Shown: piece after piece, positions 50,674 to 64,000 of the stretch
How positions within the stretch are numbered: the first letter of the stretch is position 1
Layout: each line of letters begins with the position of its first letter
DNA from: Octopus sinensis
Lineage: Eukaryota
Length of the DNA: 64,000 nucleotides
Direction of reading: 5' to 3'
NCBI RefSeq assembly: GCF_006345805.1
Contig: NC_043011.1
Coordinates: 25,122,464-25,186,463, forward strand
The notes under the pieces: model-generated
What the model saw: only the letters and a program-made list of their open reading frames with translations
Database searches by the model: none
What the model was told of the DNA's origin: nothing
Made by a program: the position numbers and the translations under genes

Positions 50674-51679
50674 CTAATTGAGAAAATATCAAATATGAAT
50701 TAAAAAATAAATAATTGAAATACTGGAATGGATTTTCAAGAAACTCAAATGCTTATTCATTGCCACCATCATTTAATATTGGCTTTTTCAATACTTGCAT
50801 GGATCAGGTTTAATTTTGTTGAAGAGGATTTTCTATGACTGGATGTCCTTCCTGTCACCAACCCTCACCTGTTTCCAAATAAAGTAGTATTTCCCTCATA
50901 GCCAGACATTTTTCACAGAAAATTAGAAACGAACAATCTAATTTGTATGACAGGGATGTTCATTTACAGCCATTACTTGTCTAGACAAGGGTACAAACTT
51001 GCACATGACAGGCTTCTTCCAGTTTCCATCTTCCAAATTCACTCACAAGGCTTTCATCAGTCTGGGGCTATAATAGAAGACACTTGGCCATGGTCCAGTA
51101 GGACTGAACCAAAGACTCTATAGTCAGGAAGCAAATTTCTTAACCATACAGCCATGCCTGTGTCTATGATGATTATGATGATGGAGAAGTGGATTTATAA
51201 AAAAAATCAGAATTTCACTGAAATGAAATCTGAATTGCAAAACAATCATGTTTTACTTTTTCATTAAACAATACTTATACTACTACTTGCAATCATACAA
51301 TAAACATTATAAAGGGTAAAAACTCCCTTTGGTCAACAATCTCTCCATGCCACTAATGTTATCCAAAGTAAAAAGGCAAAGGCCAATACAGCTTGGCACC
51401 AGTGACATCACAACTCACTTCTACAGCTGAGTGAACTGGAACAACATGAAATAAAGTGTCTTGCTCAAGAATACAATACATAGCCCAGTCCAAGAATTCA
51501 ACTCACTACCTCATGATTGTGAGTCTGATACGCTAACCACTGAGCCAAGTACTTTCAGTTAACATTATACATTTTAACTAATTAACAAGCAATGTGATCA
51601 ACTAAATTAAAATTCTACTACTGTAAATAACGTTTTGTCCTTGCTTTGATTATTACATTGCAAAAAAAAACACACTAAC

Positions 51680-51784
51680 CTTGTCGTGAAAATCATCGAT
51701 GTTAGCCAACATTGCACGTTGATATGTGGACGTTCGAATATAATCTTGCATCATATTCTGTTGCTGAGACAAGTAACCATAAAA
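51680..51784 (-). CDS. CARM1: CARM1 exon, 105 nt
   Basis: Acceptor atacag| and donor AAG|gttagt. [35 protein letters not shown] is the CARM1 signature. Confidence 0.98.
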
Positions 51785-51814
51785 CTGTATAAGAGAAAAA
51801 ATATATAACATTAA

Positions 51815-52385
51815 TAATTCTAATTTTAGCACAAGGCCAGCAACTTTAAGAGGAGTGGGTAAGTCAATTACACTGATCCCTGCACATGTTTGGTACTTCA
51901 TTTTATCAATCCCAAAAGGATAAAAGACAAAGTCAACCTCAGTGGAATTTGTACTAAGAATGTAAAGAGCTTGAAGAAATGGACCAAAGCATTTTGTCTG
52001 ACATGCTAACAATTCTGTCACACTTCACTGCTTTAATAATAATCCTTTCTACTATAAGCACAAAGCCTGCATCAACCCTGAAAAGAGGAAAGACGAAGTC
52101 GGCTTTGGCAGAATTTGAACTTAGAATATAAAGAATAACAAAATGCCAGTTGCTAACAGTCCTGCCAGCTGGCCACCTTCTTAAAAATAACAATAATCCC
52201 TTCTACTATAGACTCAAGGCCTGGAAATTTAGTGGAGAGGATAAGTCAATTACATCATCCCCCAGTGCTTGATCCTTTGAGAAAGAAAGGCAAAGTCGAC
52301 CCCAGCAGAATTTGAACTCAAAGGACAGAGAAAATATTTAGCAGCATTTTGACCAGCATGCTCACGATTCTGCCAGCTCACCAGT
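51815..52385 (-). mobile_element. Tandem cluster of three SINE family C copies
   Basis: Same unit as 37745; head-to-tail copies separated by aat-rich spacers. Confidence 0.8.
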
Positions 52386-53624
52386 TTCATAACAATATGA
52401 CATTTTCATGAAGTTAAAGGAGAAATGTGGTCAATTGGATAAAAACCATATTCCATACATATAACATTTTTGCTACAAGGTAATGTATAACTAATTCAAA
52501 ATTCTGTGAATAAAAGAGCATTACATTTGAGAGTCATTTGAATGCTAAAGGATTAAACATGTACTAATTAATTTACTTTTTTAATTAAGAACTTTTCATA
52601 TTTTTTATTTTGTTTAGTCCTGTATCCATTGACATTTCCAAACCCTTTAGATTTTATCACATGGATGAAACAGTGGTGTTCTTAAACATGAAAAGGTGGA
52701 CATTAAAATAATGACACCAAATTCTGTGGCACATTTTTCACTGCACAATTTTCATCATCATCCATCATTTTGAATCCAGGTTTTGTCCCCATTAACAGGG
52801 GTGGTTGGATCTACCTCAATGCAACAGCAACCACCCTCACACCATCTTGCCATTCTCAAGCCAACCCTCCCAATCTCCCCCCTCCACCTGTCCCCACCAC
52901 ATTTTCCTCGGTCTACCTTGCTTTTGCTGTCCATTTACCTGAAACTCCAGCACCCATTTCAGAATATGTGCCTCATCCCTACTCAACACATGCCCATACC
53001 ACCACATATATATTTATATATGTGTGGGTTAAGGATGTTAAATAACCTAATAAATAACTTTTAAAAAAAAACAACTTTTTCCTTTATACAACACATACAG
53101 GATATAAGTAACTTTAAACAAACACTCCAGGATATTCCTATACCAAACAGAAGGGAATACTTGAAACAGATGAAAGAATGCATAAGTGCATTCATTAACA
53201 GGATGAGACGGAAAGCACATTTACTCATCCTGACATCTGCATATTCAAATATCAAAATAAATCCAACATCACCACACACACACACCTCCATCTCCTTATA
53301 ACTACCATTCCTTCCTCTCTTTCCATCACCTTCTACTTCTCCCCACCAAATACACACAGAAATGTTCACATCCACCAGTCAACATTGTCATAGGTCAAAA
53401 TTGGTAAACAACCCTCTGTTAAAAATCTGTTAATGCCATATCACCCAAAGAAATGAATGCATGAACATGATTTACCCAATGTCCATGGATACTAAGGACT
53501 GTACTGTAATCACCCCAGAAATACAGACTGTGATCTTATGACATGTGATTTGTAGAAATGTGTGTTAAAATATCTATAAATTCCATCCAAGGATTATTAT
53601 TATTACTCTCTCTCTGTATATATA

Positions 53625-53656
<32 letters not shown>

Positions 53657-54111
53657 CACATACACACACACACACTGTTTTTTTTATATCCAGTTTTTCA
53701 ATGATAGCATGAATTGTGCAAGAATTATTGAGGCAATATTCTATGCCAAGCTGCCCTTCTTATCACAAACCATTACCAGTTTTGCAATTAAACTATTTCT
53801 ATTCACACACACACACACACACACACACATACATACAATGGGTTTACCATACTATTGCAGTCTACCTATTACACTCACAAGTCTTCAGTCAGCTCAAGAT
53901 GCATGAAGAAGACACTTACCCAGCTTGAAAACACATGGGTTATGAAGCAAATATATTTTACAACCCTTTCATCAAACACTGAAAATTCTCGCATAGTAAA
54001 CTTAGGAATGTAAGATCTTATCTTCAACACACTAGAGCTTTCACTACTTCACTGATAACACCACAACATTGTATAAAAAAATATTTAATAAAAAAAAGAA
54101 AAGCAACCTAC

Positions 54112-54212
54112 CTGAAAGTACTGCACTGCTGATGCATCATCTGTTCTTTCTGAGAAAACAGATTTGCGACCATTTGTGAATTCGTTCAAACGGTACAAGA
54201 AGGACTTCATAA
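54112..54212 (-). CDS. CARM1: CARM1 exon, 101 nt
   Basis: Acceptor tttcaatttcag|TT and donor CAG|gtaggt. (V)MKSFLYRLNEFTNGRKSVFSERTDDASAVQYFQ matches the conserved SVFSERTEESSAVQYFQ. Confidence 0.96.
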
Positions 54213-57200
54213 CTGAAATTGAAAAAATGTTTACCAAATGCGTCAAGAAAATTGCTGACAATCACTCTTCAGCCCCATACCCCAATATAACTGCCCACTT
54301 TCTTTTTGTAAATTTAATGAGTTTACCCAAGAACTTTTACACCATATTCAGTATCTGGACTAGTATTTGAACTTATCACACTTGGCAGCAAATCTATTTT
54401 GTGCACAGAATTTATTAAATCACTGTGCCGTCAAAAACAATGGTGGTTTTCTATACTTTGTCACAGCCTTCTTCCTTCCTTTTTAAGTGTGTCTGCAAAT
54501 GTGTGCATGTCTGTAATTTTATTTTCTATGTATCTTTCTAAAAAGATATACATAAATACACATATACAAACATTCCCCCCGTTTACATGCACACGCATAT
54601 ACTCATACAGAGTTGAAGTGCTGTTTGCTTTTTGCTTCACCGTTGACTTTTCTACATCCTACTTCCATCAGTGGATCACCCCTTCCTTTCTCATTTGTAT
54701 GTCGTGACGGAGAAATACACTACGCTCATTATTATATTAGGAGATTGACTTTTGCCACATAAAAAACATCAATTCCCCAATGACTGAGGCATAGAAATGG
54801 AATTTTTTTGTTAATCTTTAAGTTCAACATGACAAATATTCATGTGGTTCAAGAATAATTAAATAAACCTTTCTACTATAGGCAGAAAGTTTGGAATTTG
54901 TAGGGAGGGGAACAGTCGATTACATTGACCCCAGTACTTGACTGGTACTTAACTTATTGAACTCAGAACGTAAAGACAGACAAAATGCAAATAAGCATTT
55001 TGTCCAGCACGCTAACGACTGTCAGCTTGCCACCTTTTGAATAATGGCAATTCACTATGATAGAACTAGAACATAAGAATAAAGAAAAATTTCTTAAATT
55101 AGAATGATTCAGATACTTATAAATTACTGTGTGAAAATAAAATGCTTTGATTTACTTGAAGGTTTAACAAATTGGTCAAAACATCAATAATGTGAAAATT
55201 ACAAAAAAAATTCCCACACACTGAAGTATGCATGTGAGAGTGTACACACACATGCACATCATATATGGTATGTTTCAACCATATACAGCTTGTGGTGTGA
55301 AATTCACAAGATATACTCCAAATTCCTGTCCAGCAGCATAGCACGACAAAAAGATTTGAAGTTGACAGTGAGTTCATAAAAGCTCTCATTAGAATTTGCT
55401 CAACTTTAGTTTGTTGCTAAAACTGAACAGCTCAAAAAACTGTATATAGTAAAAACAAATTAATTCCACAATGGTGGAATTAATATTTTGCTTATTGATG
55501 TTTGCCTAACAGCTATTAGGAAATCATTAACAGGCTATGCAATTAAAAACAATATATTAATGTTCCAAAAAAAAAAAAAAAAAAAAAACTACAGCTGTAA
55601 CACAAGTGACGATAATTTGCTAACAAGCACCATGTTTTTGGTAACTTTACACAGAATTCGGTCCAAGAATCAGCTGGTAACCTTATGCTCTTGAGCTCAT
55701 TATCTTTAGCCACTAGGCTTCTTGCCTAGTAAACTCATGTATACTATACAATCAATTCCTATTAACAGCATAACTTTTCAAAATATGAAACAACTTAGCA
55801 TCAAGTTAATATAAGATTTTTATCAACTAATTGCATATGAAAATGAAGTTAATATTGCTGAATTGAATTTTGGGAGATTGTCAAGATATGAATAAAGTAA
55901 TTCTGGAGGCTTGACAAAATAGTATTCAACTTAACTTTCACCATTTCAGTGACTACCACAATTCAGCTTCTGGTGTATCGTTATCTTAAAAGTCTGGATC
56001 TGAAAGAACTGACAACAGTCTGCATTAGCAATTAATCACTAAAAACAATTCCAAAGCAGAGTTGACAGACTGCTTCAGTAAATTCATCTTTTTTTGTGGA
56101 TAAAATTTAGGAAAGATAGCTATGAATAAAGCAATAAACAAACCTCGTTTGTAATTGTCACAAATGAAGCTTAATTAATTCATGCTATTATCTCTAGCTG
56201 CTCTTACTAAGTAATTAACTAATTTAAGCATATGAATCTAGTGAAGTTCTGGTAATTGAAAAATATTCAAATGAATTGAAAATCCCCAGAGGAGAGAATT
56301 CTCAGTTGATATGCTGATATCATCATTAACTTTTATTTTCCATACTGTCATGAGTTGGACTGACAGGCTCCCAAGAGCTGCAAAACTGTGTCAAGCTCCA
56401 GTGCTAGCTTTGGCATGGTTTCTACAGCTGGATGCCCTCCCTAACACCAGCCACTTTATAGTGTGAACTGGATTTTTTTTTTTTTTGCAATACTGGCACT
56501 AGCAAGGTTACCAAGTAACTTGCAAGACAAAGAAGAGAAAAAAGCCCCTTTAACTGAGCCAGAGAGTATCATATGAAAGAATGGATAGCTTTATGCTAGG
56601 TGTTGAAGACTAAAGTATGATACAAGAGCAAGCATGGGTACCTTGCAATGGAAGATATACGTGGTTACCCTGCATTATGCAAGGAGGGGTGAGAGTAACA
56701 GAGACGAAAAAAGATGGTGGTAAGAGGGTGCAAGGGCTGTCTCAAGGTTACAAGATGAGTATTAGAGAAAATGTGGACAGTGGGAGGGGGTGGGTGAGTG
56801 TCAGAGAAGGGTAACAGATGATTAAAGATGGGAGACAGTGGTGAATGTAATGAGTGATAGACAAGAGTAGAAGGGTAGTTGATGGGAAATATCAACATGG
56901 CGGTGGATAAGGGAAGATAAGAGAGATAGAAGTGGTTAGAAAGGAAGATAGGTGAGAAAATAGAGGGGGATGATGAGCAAGGTAATGTACAGTGGCAGAG
57001 ATGGAAGTCAGAGGTACATAAGAATGGCTATAGTGAGTGGGGTAAGATAAAACTGCAATAAAAAAAAAAAACACACTGTTCTTGTTTTGTTATATATTCC
57101 ATTACCCAGTTAACAGCATAAGAGCTTCAATCACTGAGGGTATGCAATTATTAGGTCGTCGAGTATGAAATTTGCAGAAAAGAAAAAAAAGAGTTTGCTA

Positions 57201-57226
57201 ATGTTTTATAAATACAAAGAATAGCT

Positions 57227-58247
57227 TTATTCATCAGAGTATGCACCGATACTGTCAGTACACTTTTGCCATTTCAGCAGTAGCTTGTCCAGCTCGGAAC
57301 TGTAAAAGCCTGGCAATCTAGAGGCAATAAAATCTTGGAAGGCCTGTTTTACAGCACTGTCAGAATTAAATTTTTTTCCTATCAAAAAGTTATCCAAATT
57401 CTGGAAGAAATGGTAGTGAGGGCAAGATCAGGTGAGTATGGTGGATGACGGAGAACTTCCAACTCCAACTCCTGTAGTTTCGCCAATGTCATTTTTGCAG
57501 TGTGTGGTTTGGTGTTGTCTTGCAATAAAATAAGAGTGGATCTGTTGACTAATTGAGGCTGTTTTTTTTTTTGTAGGTTTCTGCATTATTTGATCCAGTT
57601 GGCTGCAGTATACTTCAGCTGTGATTGATAAGCCAGGTTTAATAAAATCATAATGGATCACACTTGCACCAGACCACCAAACACACACCATCAGCTTCTT
57701 TCAATGAATTTTGCTTTTTGGACTATGTTTTGGGGGCTCGCCTTTATCCAACCATTGCGCTGAATGTTTACGGTTGTTGTATTGGACCTATTTATCATCA
57801 TGTTACAATTCGATTAAAAAATGATTCATTTTTGTGACAAGAAAGTAGCATAATGCAGACTTCCAAATGTTCCTGTTTCTAATGTTCATTGAGTTCATGT
57901 GGAACCCACTTATCCAACTTTTTCAATTTATCGATTTGAACTAGGTGAGTCAATACTGTTTACTAGCTAACACCAAACAACAATGATAATTCACGGGCAC
58001 TTTGTGATGGATCTGACTCGACAGTGGTTTTCAGTACATCCATTATCCACCTTTGTTTCTGGTTGACCACATTGCTTATTTGTGAGGTTAAAGTTACCAG
58101 AACGAAATTTTGCAAACCAATTTAATACTGTCTGCTTGCGTAATAACATCAGAATGAAATACACCATTAATATTCCAAGATGTCTGTGATGCTGTATTTC
58201 CAAGAAAGAACTCATATTTCAAAACTACGAATTTCCAACTTATCCAT
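57227..58247 (-). pseudogene. Decayed mariner (Tc1/mariner, DD34D-type) transposase; element about 57150-58330
   Basis: Broken reading frames give MDKLEIR..., TVLNWFAKFRSGNFNL, KKLDKWVPHEL, LMVCVWWSG..VIHYDFIKPG..ITAEVYCSQLD and HPPYSPDLA. Multiple stops and frameshifts; TIRs not confidently resolved. Confidence 0.92.
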
Positions 58248-58689
58248 TTCTAAACAAAAATAGCAAATGTCGATTTATAAATACTTTATAAAGCACAAAA
58301 TGAGTAAGAATAAAGAAATAGGTGTGTCAGCTTTCTAACAAAAAATAAAGATTGTCAAAATATAATAATGGTGCAAAATAAGCAGCTGTCAAAGTTTACC
58401 GTATACCTTACTACAAATTTCATACTTTACAACCTAATAAATGGAAATTACTAAGTCAATATGGACTGAAACTTAGTAGGGTATGTAACTGCTGTTTCTC
58501 AATATAATAGTGTGGTTATTGAAGTCATTTTAGTTTCCAAGTTTCTTTTTTTTTTTTTTAACCCTCATTCTAAAAATGACTATATATGATGAACTGCTTA
58601 AATTTTTTTTTAAATTCTCTTTTTCCCAATATTTAGATGAGAAAGTGAATATTTTGATGAGAAAGTGAATTGTTAAATTTATATATTAC

Positions 58690-58812
58690 CATGGACTGAG
58701 GCAAAATTTGCTTGAAAAGAGGTTTGATCTTTGGAGAAAACAATTGACTGTCGTCCAACACGAGCATAGTCTGCATTGGAATCAATGGGAATAACAATTT
58801 TCTTTGAACCAT
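58690..58812 (-). CDS. CARM1: CARM1/PRMT4 coding exon (first one in window; N-terminal PH-like domain), 123 nt, phase 1 to 1
   Basis: Acceptor ttttaatattttccag|AT and donor G|gtaata. Translates (D)GSKKIVIPIDSNADYARVGRQSIVFSKDQTSFQANFASVH, resembling human ETECSRVGKQSFIITL. Phase joins the next exon. Confidence 0.88.
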
Positions 58813-60151
58813 CTGGAAAATATTAAAAAAAATAAAATGCATAAAAATAAGGCTTCATTAAAAAAAAAAAAGTTTCCAATTTCTTCAGAACCCAATTACA
58901 TCAACTTCTAACTACCAGCATTAAACTATATAATGTTTTTAATAAGAACTATGTATGATGTTCTCTCAAGTATAGTGGTTCCAGGAGCCAATTCTTAATC
59001 TCACCATAAATTTCAAAGACTGTAAAATTATTATATATTTTCATTACCATTCATAATCATTTTAACATCCACTTTTACCACCGAGTTGGACAGAGTTTAC
59101 TAACACTGGTTTTCTATAGCCAGATGTCTTCCTGTTGCCAACACTCATCTGTCTCCAAACCAGCTACAAATTCCCTACAGCCAGCTATATCTTTGCACAA
59201 TATTGGAAATGACACTGCTTGTATGACAGTGACACTCATTTACAACCATCATGCAATGTTGACAAGGACACACACACACACACAACAGCTTTTTTTTTTT
59301 CAGTTTCCACCTTCCAAATCCACTTGCAAGGCTTTATGTGGCTCACCATTTTAGTAGAAGGCACTTGCCTAAGGTGCTACAAAGTGGGATTGAACACAAT
59401 AGCATGTGGTAGAGAAGCATTCACAAAAATTCTTCATAATAGTAAAAGAAAACAGAACATTCAGATGGGAAAAAAATGAACATTCAAATTTACTATCAAT
59501 TAAATCAAAGTTAGAATATACAATATACACATAGAAAGAAATAGAAGATTATCATCATTTTTATTGTATTTTTGCATACTGACATAGGCTGGACAAGACT
59601 CTGTATGGCAGTGTTCTATGGCTGTTTACCAGGGTACTACTTTATAAGGGTTTTTATTCTATGTCTATGTATATCAAGCTTCCAAGCTTATTGTTTACGT
59701 GAGATGTAATATACTGACAACCAAAGCAGTGTCATTGCAAAGACATGCAAGACAAAAAAATACATGAATACAATCTGAAATCTAAAACTATATCACTACA
59801 TCTTTATTATTCATCTTTAACTACCATAATATACATGTGTAAGGGAAAAAAATAAAGACACTAATAACAACTCTTGTATTCTATACAATATCATCATACA
59901 TGAAATATATTAATAAATTACAACTTGTTTATATTGTTGTTGTTTTGAATTAATAATAATAATAATAATAATTATTATTATTATTATTATTGCTGCAGAA
60001 TTGTTAGTATGTCAGACAAAATGCTTAGTAACTCCAGCTCTTCTCATTCTGAGATCAAATTCCATAAGGTCAACTTGAACACCAGGGTCAATATAATCGG
60101 CTATTTCCCTTTCCTAAAATTGCTGACCTTGTGCCAAAATTTGAAACAATA

Positions 60152-60189
<38 letters not shown>

Positions 60190-60205
60190 CATCATCATCA
60201 TCCAA

Positions 60206-60772
60206 GTTGCGTGTCACGCGGATCTGGCTATTAACTGAGTACTATTGTTAAGATTGCTCTGCCCTCTTCTTTTGGTAGGGAAGGCCAGGCAGTTTTCATC
60301 TACCTGGCAGCCATGGCAAATGCGGCTGTGTGGTGGACAAGACTGAAAGGGCTGAAGATAGATATTTCCCTCTCTGGCAAATCTCTGATCGACTTTTCCA
60401 GGTTCCATTTGAAGAGGTGGATCAGAGTGGAGAGGGAGGTGCCTGCTTCTAGCAAATTTATTGAAAGGTGGACAAGAGTGGCGAGCATGGTTCATGTGAA
60501 CAGGCCTGCTCTGAGAATGCGCTTCTGAATGGAGTAAAAGAAAGAGGAAACATTTGCCTGAGTGGGCAGGGAAACTGTAATTTTCTGTGAGGTTTGCATG
60601 TTTTGTATTAATCATGTCTTAATAGTCTTCCCCCTATTGGAGAATTGTATTTGTTTAATTTTATTGTTAATTTTTGTTATTGTTTTATGTTTACGGAGTA
60701 AACCCCTCTGTTTGTGCCTTTGTATTTTTGCCCCTGTATGTTTTATGTAGGCTCATGTGGCCAACAAAGAAA
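60206..60772 (+). mobile_element. 5'-truncated L1/Tx1-like LINE (ORF2 C-terminus plus 3' UTR)
   Basis: Frame to TGA at 60528 reads ...GQAVFIYLAAMANAAVWWTRLKG...LIDFSRFHLKRWIRVERE...KFIERWTRVASMVHV. This fits the Tx1-type ORF2 end pattern, followed by a T-rich UTR ending in an A/ATT-rich tail. Confidence 0.6.
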
Positions 60773-61829
60773 ATATTATTATTATCCAAATTAACTTCAA
60801 AGGCTGCTTGCTCAATTTTGCACGTATTTTGTTGGACATAGGGGAAAAGCAACTCTTAAGAGAACTTGGCCTTACAAATGATAAAACACAAAGCAGAAAA
60901 TAGAAAGAGAAAAGTTGTTTTGGAGATGTGTTGGTGTGATAAAAACAGAAGCTAAACTGGCCATTACTGAAGATCAAAAGAAAAGTGGAAAAGGAAAGAG
61001 AAAGAAAATAACTTATTGTGAAACTGTATTAATTGCTACATGCAAGTTTCAGTAAAATAGCAAGTTAATTATTCTTAACATAAGGAAACAAACTCTGGAG
61101 GAGGAACTTAATCAAGTGGGTCCAGTACTTGACTACTATGTTATCAACCTCAGAAAACTGAAAAGTATAGCTGTCCTCAATGGGACCTGAACTAAAAATG
61201 TATAAAGTGCTGGACCATTAACCTCAATTCTACCAATTCATCAACCATATAGCAAATTAACAATGAAGTAACCTTTAATATGAACTAACTTTACTAATAA
61301 GATAAGAAAAAGTATTAGTGGCAGTAGACACACACACAGAATGTCTTAAAATATTTTGCTTATTAAGTAAATGCAATTTATTTTTTATGAAACTTTTTTA
61401 TAAAACTACATAAAGGCTATCATCATTATTTCAATTGATTTGATTTTGATTAACATATTCCAGATATTTTCCAATATGTAGCTATGTGGTAAGAGCTTAC
61501 ACAGATCTCTCTACTTAAAATAAAATACACACTAGGCTGGTTTTGAAAATAAAGTTCAAATTAATATGAAATTAAATTGAAAAAATATGCACGCTTCACT
61601 TGTTTTGTGTGTGACATTTGTCATAAGAACAATTTGTTACCAAATTTTTAGAGACTCGGGGAAAACATGCATGTGTGATAATAAAGAGAAAAGGAATAGC
61701 AGAAAGTAGAGAGAACATGTTTGTGTATGAAACTGTGTACCTTCATGTGTGAGCAAGAAATTGTGTGTAATTATAAGAGTGGTTGCTTAACCCTTTGGCA
61801 TTAGCTATATCCAGCCAAAATATTCTTTT

Positions 61830-62200
61830 ATTCTTTTACTTGTTTCAATCATTTGACTGCAGTCATGCTGGAGCGCCACCTTGAAGAGTTTTAGTTGAAC
61901 AAATCAAGCCCAGGAGATATATTTTTAAAGCCTAGCGCTTATCATATCAGTCTCTTTTGCCGAACTTGCAGGGATGTAAATACACCAACGCCGATTGTTG
62001 AGTGGCGATGTGGGGTGAGGGGAGCACAAACACACACACACACACACAGCTGGCTTCTTTCAGTTTCCGTCAACCAAATCCACTCACAAGGTTTTGGTCG
62101 GTCCAAAGATATAATAGAAAGCACTTGCTCAAGATGCCACACAGTGGGACTGAACCTGGAACCATGTGGTTGGGAAGCAAGCTTCTTACCACACAGCCAC
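61830..62200 (-). mobile_element. SINE family A copy
   Basis: Collinear with 2490-2898. Confidence 0.8.
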
Positions 62201-64000
62201 AACTCGTTTTATTATCAAACTGGCCAGAACTGGCCTCTCACACCAACCCTACAATATAATTCTAATAATTAACAGTTACCTCTTCAAAATCTCAAAGATT
62301 CAACACAATGTATGATTAGTACAAAACAATGAGAATAAATAATCACTTGACAGAATGTGAATACTGAAGGGTCAAGCTAAGCTTCAGTCATTCACTCACT
62401 CATCATTTAACATCCCCTTTTCTATACTCGCATGGGTCAGACAGAATTGGTAGATTTTCTACAAGTAGATGTTCTTCCTGTCAACAACCCTCACCTGTTT
62501 CCTAGCAAAGTAAGTTTTTCCATAGCCGGATACGTTTTTCATAGAACACTGGAAATCATTCATCTACAACAAGGATTACACAGAAACAGATGCACACTCA
62601 TACAAACACATATATACAACAGGTTTCTTTTTCAATTACCATCTACCAAATTCACTCAAAGCTTTTATTGTCCTGGGGCTATAGTAGGAAACACTTGCTC
62701 AAGGTTCAACACAGTGGGATTGAACCTGAGGCCACATGGCTGGGAATAGAGCTTTTTAACCACACAGCCATGCTTATATCACAGCAGCTTGAAATGGAAA
62801 AACTGAAGCTATGCAACTAAGAAACGGGTCACAGTAGCAGAAACAGTAGCTAAATCTGCACTGATGGGGATATTGTGGATCTCCTATATATCCAGCATGT
62901 CAAGTAGTCCCCATAAGACACAAGCACATTGTGCTGCACTATCTAGTCACTTTGATCTGGGAGTTGAGCAGAATATATGGAATAATCTTTGAAACTAACA
63001 AATCCATACATCAATTGGATTTCAAATGTCAATTTAGAAGTGTAGAAGAAATAATAAAAGACAACAACCATAAAAAAAATTCCTCTGGAAAATGTTAAGT
63101 TATGCAAGTCACAACATATTTATCAAATTTAACAAAATTAGAATTACTAACGCCAAACATTAAATCTAAAAGTGTAAGCCATTGAAATCATTTCATATTT
63201 AATACACACCAATTAAATAGAGTTTTCTGGGAGGGGGGCTCCTCCCCCATTGTTCTCTGATTTAAGACTCAAATAAACATAGTCAGACTAAAAAGATTAC
63301 TTTAATCTGATGATGATCAATGAGCTTTCATGTCTTTATCCTGATTAAAATGAAGAAATATTTGTTCAAGGTTGCAACAGATTACCAACAGACTGGATTC
63401 ACTAAAGATGACCACAACCAAGAAAAGCCATACGAGCTTCAATATGGTTGCTCAGTTTGCTAGAAATAGTAGGTAACTATCTCTAAAATTATACCCTATC
63501 AACATAAGGAAGGAAGAACATTAGACAGTATGATCCTAGATAGGTAAATGGAAAAAAGCAAATTAAAAGGATGCATCTGTCTCTTGGAGCAAGTCCGGTG
63601 TGGTGCTAAACAGCGATAAGGCAATGTAATTTAATATAAAGTGGTTCTATATTCTTATACTGGTTTCTATTATTAGTCAATTGTGGGCATACTCCTGCAT
63701 GTCTTCCAAAAGTTTAGTCAATCATATTGAGTTCAGTACTTGATTTACCAAATTGCTGATAAATGGGGTTTTCCCCCACTATATATGGGAGGGGGAGCAC
63801 AACTCAACAACAAACAATACACACAATAATTAATATTAAGTTCTGGGCCATATAAAAGTCCAGAGCAGAAATTGTCAGTGAATTTACACCTCCTAAGATT
63901 AGTAACATTGAGTATTATAAGTATACTAAGTTCTAACAACTGGTTATTAATTATACTGCTATGGCAAAGCAGAATTATAATATATAAAAACTTGTGTGTG

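Noticed and set aside
52760-53360. Pro/Thr-rich ORFs and C/A-skewed sequence; mirror-like G/A-rich tract at 56560-57060
   Set aside because: Low-complexity strand-skewed repeat interior with no splice signals fitting CARM1 phases.
58624-58670. 20-bp tandem duplication (gatgagaaagtgaat...) just inside the intron after the 123-nt exon
   Set aside because: Simple slippage duplicate; does not alter the donor.
58813-64000. Search for CARM1 exon 1 and promoter
   Set aside because: No phase-1 donor with a plausible Met-initiated frame and no CpG-rich promoter-like region found; probably outside the window.

Overview
AT-rich, microsatellite- and SINE-rich animal genomic DNA. The repeat families resemble those I recall from Octopus; this is recognition, not a database result. 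The window holds one protein-coding gene: a CARM1/PRMT4 (histone-arginine methyltransferase) orthologue on the minus strand. I reconstructed 13 coding exons from 58812 down to the stop codon at 14347. All have GT-AG boundaries and consistent phases, giving 1622 nt (2 nt plus 540 codons including the stop). The first coding exon was not found and probably lies beyond base 64000. The rest is intron or downstream sequence with several tRNA-derived SINE families, TTAA-flanked MITEs, a dead mariner, an L1/Tx1 3' fragment and another decayed transposase-like region. Three observations stand out. (i) Two TSD-flanked fold-back insertions share a Penelope-like architecture and encode the same N-terminal peptide; one carries a hammerhead-like motif and has captured 82 bp of host intron from 2.2 kb away. 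(ii) The 16.5 kb intron before the automethylation-site exon contains a roughly 12 kb transposon-poor zone and several candidate phase 1-to-0 cassette or micro-exons that could switch the CARM1 C-terminal tail. (iii) One SINE family shows a strong strand bias. All coordinates were counted by hand; repeat boundaries are approximate, and comparisons to human CARM1 are from memory.
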